In this document: piece after piece, positions 55,801-64,000 of the stretch
Layout: each line of letters starts with the position of its first letter
How positions within the stretch are numbered: the stretch's first letter is position 1
Source: Auanema rhodensis
Taxonomy: Eukaryota > Animalia > Nematoda
DNA: 64,000 bases
NCBI GenBank assembly: GCA_964057225.1
Contig: OZ059897.1
Location: forward strand, 3,162,001 to 3,226,000
Direction: 5' to 3'
The notes under the pieces: model-generated
Databases searched by the model: none
Seen by the model: only the letters and a program-made list of their open reading frames with translations
Told to the model about the DNA's origin: nothing
Position numbers and translations under genes: made by a program

Positions 55801-58800
55801 TTTTTGGAAGCAATGTTGAGTGTACATGGGAACTCAACATACACTAATGCATTATTTTTCAAACGATCATAACTAATTTTTGTAAATAGCGTTTCTCAAG
55901 GTAGTATAGTGCATTCGATGCGGATTTTTAAGCTGCGTCGATCTGTGTTATCAGATTTGAGTTAGCTTAAAAATGCACCGAGATATCAACTGATATATGT
56001 TCACACTTATATCCTCGATTTTCAAACTGAAGAATTGATTTTTTTGTTGAATAACATTGTCCATCGTCTTCGTCTTGAAAAAAGGAATCTAAAAACATCT
56101 ACTTTTTGTGAAATTATCTAGAAATTTTTCGGGAAAATTTTTGTCAAAATGTTTTTGGAAGCAATGTTGAGTGTACATGGGAACTCAACATACACTAATG
56201 CATTATTTTTCAAACGATCATAACTATTTTCTGTAAATAGCGTTTCTCAATGTAGTATAGTGCATTCGATGCGGATTTTTAAGTTGCGTTGATCTGTGTT
56301 ATCAGATTTGAGTTAGCTTAAAAATGCACCGAGATATCAACTGATTTATGTTCACACTTATATCCTCGATTTTCACCCTGAAGAAATGATTTTTTCGTTG
56401 AATAACATTGTCCATCATCTTCGTCTTGAAAAAAGGAATCTAAAAACATCTACTTTTTGTGAAATTATTTAGAAATTTTTCGGGAAAATTTTTGTCAAAA
56501 TGTTTTTGGAAGCAATGTTGAGTGTACATGGGAACTCAACATACACTAATGCATTATTTTCCAAACTATCATAACTAATTTTTGTAAATAGCGTTTCTCA
56601 AGGTAGTATAGTGCATTCGATGCGGATTTTTAAGCTGCGTCGATCTGTGTTATCAGATTTGAGTTAGCTTAAAAATGCACCGAGATATCAACTGATATAT
56701 GTTCACACTTATATCCTCGATTTTCACCCTGAAGAAATGATTTTTTCGTTGAATAACATTGTCCATCGTCTTCGTCTTGAAAAAAGGAATCTAAAAACAT
56801 CTACTTTTTGTGAAATTATTTAGAAATTTTTCGGGAAAATTTTTGTCAAAATGTTTTTGGAAGCAATGTTGAGTGTACATGGGAACTCAACATACACTAA
56901 TGCATTATTTTTCAAACGATCATAACTAATTTCTGTAAATAGCGTTTCTCAATGTAGTATAGTGCATTCGATGCGGATTTTTAAGCTGCGTCGATCTGTG
57001 TTATCAGATTTGAGTTAGCTTAAAAATGCACCGAGATATCAACTGATATATGTTCACACTTATATCCTCGATTTTCACCCTGAAGAAATAGTTTTTTCGT
57101 TAAAAAACATTGTCCATCGTCTTTGCCTTGAAAAAAGGAATCTAAAAACATCTACTTTTTGTGAAATTATCTAGAAATTTTTCGGGAAAATTTTTGTCAA
57201 AATGTTTTTGGAAGCAATGTTGAGTGTACATGGGAACTCAACATACACTAATGCATTATTTTTCAAACGATCATAACTAATTTTTGTAAATAGCGTTTCT
57301 CAAGGTAGTATAGTGCATTCGATGCGGATTTTTAAGCTGCGTCGATCTGTGTTATCAGATTTGAGTTAGCTTAAAAATGCACCGAGATATCAACTGATAT
57401 ATGTTCACACTTATATCCTCGATTTTCAAACTGAAGAATTGATTTTTTTGTTGAATAACATTGTCCATCGTCTTCGTCTTGAAAAAAGGAATCTAAAAAC
57501 ATCTACTTTTTGTGAAATTATCTAGAAATTTTTCGGGAAAATTTTTGTCAAAATGTTTTTGGAAGCAATGTTGAGTGTACATGGGAACTCAACATACACT
57601 AATGCATTATTTTTCAAACGATCATAACTATTTTCTGTAAATAGCGTTTCTCAATGTAGTATAGTGCATTCGATGCGGATTTTTAAGTTGCGTTGATCTG
57701 TGTTATCAGATTTGAGTTAGCTTAAAAATGCACCGAGATATCAACTGATTTATGTTCACACTTATATCCTCGATTTTCACCCTGAAGAAATGATTTTTTC
57801 GTTGAATAACATTGTCCATCATCTTCGTCTTGAAAAAAGGAATCTAAAAACATCTACTTTTTGTGAAATTATTTAGAAATTTTTCGGGAAAATTTTTGTC
57901 AAAATGTTTTTGGAAGCAATGTTGAGTGTACATGGGAACTCAACATACACTAATGCATTATTTTTCAAACGATCATAACTAATTTTTGTATAGAGCGTTT
58001 CTCAATGTAGTATTGTGCATTCGATGCGGATTTTTAAGCTGCGTTGATCTGTGTTATCAGATTTGAGTTAACTTAAAAATGCACCGAGATATCAACTGAT
58101 ATAGGTTCACACTTATATCCTCGATTTTCAAACTGAAGAATTGATTTTTTTGTTGAATAACATTGTCCATCGTCTTCGTCTTGAAAAAAGGAATCTAAAA
58201 ACATCTACTTTTTGTGAAATTATCTAGAAATTTTTCGGGAAAATTTTTGTCAAAATGTTTTTGGAAGCAATGTTGAGTGTACATGGGAACTCAACATACA
58301 CTAATGCATTATTTTTCAAACGATCATAACTATTTTCTGTAAATAGCGTTTCTCAATGTAGTATAGTGCATTCGATGCGGATTTTTAAGTTGCGTTGATC
58401 TGTGTTATCAGATTTGAGTTAGCTTAAAAATGCACCGAGATATCAACTGATTTATGTTCACACTTATATCCTCGATTTTCACCCTGAAGAAATGATTTTT
58501 TCGTTGAATAACATTGTCCATCATCTTCGTCTTGAAAAAAGGAATCTAAAAACATCTACTTTTTGTGAAATTATCTAGAAATTTTTCGGGAAAATTTTTG
58601 TCAAAATGTTTTTGGAAGCAATGTTGAGTGTACATGGGAACTCAACATACACTAATGCATTATTTTTCAAACGATCATAACTAATTTTTGTATAGAGCGT
58701 TTCTCAATGTAGTATTGTGCATTCGATGCGGATTTTTAAGCTGCGTTGATCTGTGTTATCAGATTTGAGTTAACTTAAAAATGCACCGAGATATCAACTG

Positions 58801-61800
58801 ATATAGGTTCACACTTATATCCTCGATTTTCAAACTGAAGAATTGATTTTTTTGTTGAATAACATTGTCCATCGTCTTCGTCTTGAAAAAAGGAATCTAA
58901 AAACATCTACTTTTTGTGAAATTATCTAGAAATTTTTCGGGAAAATTTTTGTCAAAATGTTTTTGGAAGCAATGTTGAGTGTACATGGGAACTCAACATA
59001 CACTAATGCATTATTTTTCAAACGATCATAACTATTTTCTGTAAATAGCGTTTCTCAATGTAGTATAGTGCATTCGATGCGGATTTTTAAGCTGCGTTGA
59101 TCTGTGTTATCAGATTTGAGTTAACTTAAAAATGCACCGAGATATCAACTGATATAGGTTCACACTTATATCCTCGATTTTCACCCTGAAGAAGTAGTTT
59201 TTTCGTTGAAAAACATTGTCCATCGTCTTCGTCATGAAAAAAGGAATCTAAAAACATCTACTTTTTAAGAAATTATATAGAAATTTTTCGGGAAAATTTT
59301 TGTCAAGATGTTTTTGGAAGCAATGTTGAGTGTACATGGGAACTCAACATACACTAATGCATTATTTTTCAAATGATCATAACTTATTTTTGTATAGAGC
59401 GTTTCTCAATGCAGTAAAGTGCATTCGATGCGGATTTTTAAGCTGCGTCGATCTGTGTTATCAGATTTGAGTTAGCTTAAAAATGCACCGAGATATCAAC
59501 TGATATATGTTCACACTTATATCCTCGATTTTCACCCTGAAGAAATGATTTTTTCGTTGAATAACATTGTCCATCGTCTTCGTCTTGAAAAAAGGAATCT
59601 AAAAACATCTACTTTTTGTGAAATTATTTAGAAATTTTTCGGGAAAATTTTTGTCAAAATGTTTTTGGAAGCAATGTTGAGTGTACATGGGAACTCAACA
59701 TACACTAATGCATTATTTTTCAAACGATCATAACTAATTTTTGTAAATAGCGTTTCTCAAGGTAGTATAGTGCATTCGATGCGGATTTTTAAGCTGCGTC
59801 GATCTGTGTTATCAGATTTGAGTTAGCTTAAAAATGCACCGAGATATCAACTGATATATGTTCACACTTATATCCTCGATTTTCAAACTGAAGAATTGAT
59901 TTTTTTGTTGAATAACATTGTCCATCGTCTTCGTCTTGAAAAAAGGAATCTAAAAACATCTACTTTTTGTGAAATTATCTAGAAATTTTTCGGGAAAATT
60001 TTGGTCAAAATGTTTTTGGAAGCAATGTTGAGTGTACATGGGAACTCAACATACACTAATGCATTATTTTTCAAACGATCATAACTATTTTCTGTAAATA
60101 GCGTTTCTCAATGTAGTATAGTGCATTCGATGCGGATTTTTAAGTTGCGTTGATCTGTGTTATCAGATTTGAGTTAGCTTAAAAATGCACCGAGATATCA
60201 ACGGATTTATGTTCACACTTATATCCTCGATTTTCACCCTGAAGAAATGATTTTTTCGTTGAATAACATTGTCCATCATCTTCGTCTTGAAAAAAGGAAT
60301 CTAAAAACATCTACTTTTTGTGAAATTATTTAGAAATTTTTCGGGAAAATTTTTGTCAAAATGTTTTTGGAAGCAATGTTGAGTGTACATGGGAACTCAA
60401 CATACACTAATGCATTATTTTTCAAACTATCATAACTAATTTTTGTAAATAGCGTTTCTCAAGGTAGTATAGTGCATTCGATGCGGATTTTTAAGCTGCG
60501 TCGATCTGTGTTATCAGATTTGAGTTAGCTTAAAAATGCACCGAGATATCAACTGATATATGTTCACACTTATATCCTCGATTTTCACCCTGAAGAAATG
60601 ATTTTTTCGTTGAATAACATTGTCCATCGTCTTCGTCTTGAAAAAAGGAATCTAAAAACATCTACTTTTTGTGAAATTATCTAGAAATTTTTCGGGAAAA
60701 TTTTTGTCAAAATGTTTTTGGAAGCAATGTTGAGTGTACATGGGAACTCAACATACACTAATGCATTATTTTTCAAACGATCATAACTATTTTCTGTAAA
60801 TAGCGTTTCTCAATGTAGTATAGTGCATTCGATGCGGATTTTTAAGTTGCGTTGATCTGTGTTATCAGATTTGAGTTAGCTTAAAAATGCACCGAGATAT
60901 CAACTGATTTATGTTCACACTTATATCCTCGATTTTCACCCTGAAGAAATGATTTTTTCGTTGAATAACATTGTCCATCATCTTCGTCTTGAAAAAAGGA
61001 ATCTAAAAACATCTACTTTTTGTGAAATTATTTAGAAATTTTTCGGGAAAATTTTTGTCAAAATGTTTTTGGAAGCAATGTTGAGTGTACATGGGAACTC
61101 AACATACACTAATGCATTATTTTTCAAACGATCATAACTAATTTCTGTAAATAGCGTTTCTCAATGTAGTATAGTGCATTCGATGCGGATTTTTAAGCTG
61201 CGTCGATCTGTGTTATCAGATTTGAGTTAGCTTAAAAATGCACCGAGATATCAACTGATATATGTTCACACTTATATCCTCGATTTTCACCCTGAAGAAA
61301 TGATTTTTTCGTTGAATAACATTGTCCATCGTCTTCGTCTTGAAAAAAGGAATCTAAAAACATCTACTTTTTGTGAAATTATTTAGAAATTTTTCGGGAA
61401 AATTTTTGTCAAAATGTTTTTGGAAGCAATGTTGAGTGTACATGGGAACTCAACATACACTAATGCATTATTTTTCAAACGATCATAACTAATTTCTGTA
61501 AATAGCGTTTCTCAATGTAGTATAGTGCATTCGATGCGGATTTTTAAGCTGCGTCGATCTGTGTTATCAGATTTGAGTTAGCTTAAAAATGCACCGAGAT
61601 ATCAACTGATATATGTTCACACTTATATCCTCGATTTTCACCCTGAAGAAATAGTTTTTTCGTTGAAAAACATTGTCCATCGTCTTTGCCTTGAAAAAAG
61701 GAATCTAAAAACATCTACTTTTTGTGAAATTATTTAGAAATTTTTCGGGAAAATTTTTGTCAAAATGTTTTTGGAAGCAATGTTGAGTGTACATGGGAAC

Positions 61801-64000
61801 TCAACATACACTAATGCATTATTTTTCAAACGATCATAACTTATTTTTGTATAGAGCGTTTCTCAATGTAGTATAGTGCATTCGATGCGGATTTTTAAGC
61901 TGCGTCGATCTGTGTTATCAGATTTGAGTTAGCTTAAAAATGCACCGAGATATCAACTGATATATGTTCACACTTATATCCTCGACTTTCACCCTGAAGA
62001 AATGATTTTTTCGTTGAATAACATTGTCCATCGTCTTCGTCTTGGAAAAAGGAATCTAAAAACATCTACTTTTTGTGAAATTATTTAGAAATTTTTCGGG
62101 AAAATTTTTGTCAAAATGTTTTTGGAAGCAATGTTGAGTGTACATGGGAACTCAACATACACTAATGCATTATTTTTCAAACGATCATAACTTATTTTTG
62201 TATAGAGCGTTTCTCAATGTAGTATAGTGCATTCGATGCGGATTTTTAAGTTGCGTTGATCTGTGTTATCAGATTTGAGTTAGCTTAAAAATGCACCGAG
62301 ATATCAACTGATTTATGTTCACACTTATATCCTCGACTTTCACCCTGAAGAAATGATTTTTTCGTTGAATAACATTGTCCATCGTCTTCGTCTTGAAAAA
62401 AGGAATCTAAAAACATCTACTTTTTGTGAAATTATTTAGAAATTTTTCGGGAAAATTTTTGTCAAAATGTTTTTGGAAGCAATGTTGAGTGTACATGGGA
62501 ACTCAACATACACTAATGCATTATTTTTCAAACGATCATAACTATTTTCTGTAAATAGCGTTTCTCAATGTAGTATAGTGCATTCGATGCGGATTTTTAA
62601 GCTGCGTTGATCTGTGTTATCAGATTTGAGTTAACTTAAAAATGCACCGAGATATCAACTGATATAGGTTCACACTTATATCCTCGATTTTCACCCTGAA
62701 GAAGTAGTTTTTTCGTTGAAAAACATTGTCCATCGTCTTCGTCATGAAAAAAGGAATCTAAAAACATCTACTTTTTAAGAAATTATATAGAAATTTTTCG
62801 GGAAAATTTTTGTCAAGATGTTTTTGGAAGCAATGTTGAGTGTACATGGGAACTCAACATACACTAATGCATTATTTTTCAAATGATCATAACTTATTTT
62901 TGTATAGAGCGTTTCTCAATGCAGTAAAGTGCATTCGATGCGGATTTTTAAGCTGCGTCGATCTGTGTTATCAGATTTGAGTTAGCTTAAAAATGCACCG
63001 AGATATCAACTGATATATGTTCACACTTATATCCTCGATTTTCACCCTGAAGAAATGATTTTTTCGTTGAATAACATTGTCCATCGTCTTCGTCTTGAAA
63101 AAAGGAATCTAAAAACATCTACTTTTTGTGAAATTATTTAGAAATTTTTCGGGAAAATTTTTGTCAAAATGTTTTTGGAAGCAATGTTGAGTGTACATGG
63201 GAACTCAACATACACTAATGCATTATTTTTCAAACGATCATAACTAATTTTTGTAAATAGCGTTTCTCAAGGTAGTATAGTGCATTCGATGCGGATTTTT
63301 AAGCTGCGTCGATCTGTGTTATCAGATTTGAGTTAGCTTAAAAATGCACCGAGATATCAACTGATATATGTTCACACTTATATCCTCGATTTTCAAACTG
63401 AAGAATTGATTTTTTTGTTGAATAACATTGTCCATCGTCTTCGTCTTGAAAAAAGGAATCTAAAAACATCTACTTTTTGTGAAATTATCTAGAAATTTTT
63501 CGGGAAAATTTTGGTCAAAATGTTTTTGGAAGCAATGTTGAGTGTACATGGGAACTCAACATACACTAATGCATTATTTTTCAAACGATCATAACTATTT
63601 TCTGTAAATAGCGTTTCTCAATGTAGTATAGTGCATTCGATGCGGATTTTTAAGTTGCGTTGATCTGTGTTATCAGATTTGAGTTAGCTTAAAAATGCAC
63701 CGAGATATCAACTGATATAGGTTCACACTTATATCCTCGATTTTCACCCTGAAGAAGTAGTTTTTTCGTTGAAAAACATTGTCCATCGTCTTCGTCATGA
63801 AAAAAGGAATCTAAAAACATCTACTTTTTAAGAAATTATATAGAAATTTTTCGGGAAAATTTTTGTCAAGATGTTTTTGGAAGCAATGTTGAGTGTACAT
63901 GGGAACTCAACATACACTAATGCATTATTTTTCAAATGATCATAACTTATTTTTGTATAGAGCGTTTCTCAATGCAGTAAAGTGCATTCGATGCGGATTT

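Larger units (their letters stand above)
1..64000. repeat. 351-bp AT-rich satellite DNA tandem array (182 full monomers + partial), probably centromeric/pericentromeric heterochromatin
   Basis: AGCAATGTTGAGTGTACATGGGAACTC recurs at 1, 352, 703 ... 7021, 14041, 21061, 28081, 35101, 42121, 49141 (exact multiples of 351), then one base earlier (56160, 63180, 63882). Monomers differ by only a few substitutions each. The array runs off both ends of the window. The centromeric assignment is inference only. Confidence 0.99.

Noticed and set aside
1-64000. CRISPR array (hairpin-containing repeat)
   Set aside because: No unique spacers; the entire 351 bp is repeated, and there are no cas genes.
1-64000. 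Tandem-repeat protein gene (351 = 117 codons)
   Set aside because: The ORF track shows no frame open across monomers, and substitutions show no codon pattern.
1-64000. Embedded transposon, inversion or telomeric repeat
   Set aside because: The 351-bp phase and orientation are maintained throughout except for one 1-bp deletion, leaving no room for an insertion.
1-64000. Rolling-circle or sequencing concatemer artefact
   Set aside because: Variants are shared in ordered, nested, region-specific patterns rather than being identical copies or random errors, which indicates real evolutionary history.

Overview
The whole 64 kb window is one uninterrupted head-to-tail tandem array of an AT-rich (about 31% GC, hand count of monomer 1) 351-bp satellite monomer: 182 complete copies plus a 119-bp partial copy, all in one orientation. 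I found no genes, RNA genes, transposon insertions, CRISPR spacers or unique DNA. The three listed ORFs are chance read-throughs created by point mutations in individual monomers. The architecture looks like eukaryotic centromeric or pericentromeric satellite DNA, but I cannot name the family or the organism from sequence alone. The informative signal is in the variants. A small set of recurrent diagnostic substitutions defines monomer types that form nested higher-order repeats (dimers, trimers, a pentamer, a 12-mer/18-mer duplication), regional variant domains, and a probable ancestral 7-8-mer order. Only one indel interrupts the 351-bp phase. The monomer is rich in dyad symmetries, chimeric monomers seem to switch haplotype preferentially at monomer positions ~130-190, and there is an incomplete hammerhead-like motif that I consider probably non-functional. 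I found no convincing evidence of a new biological system beyond this satellite organisation. Monomer numbering used below: Mn starts at 1+351(n-1) up to M142 and at 351(n-1) from M143 onward. Type letters (P, Q, R, S, T, U, V, W, X, Y, Z, K, L) are my own labels, assigned by eye.
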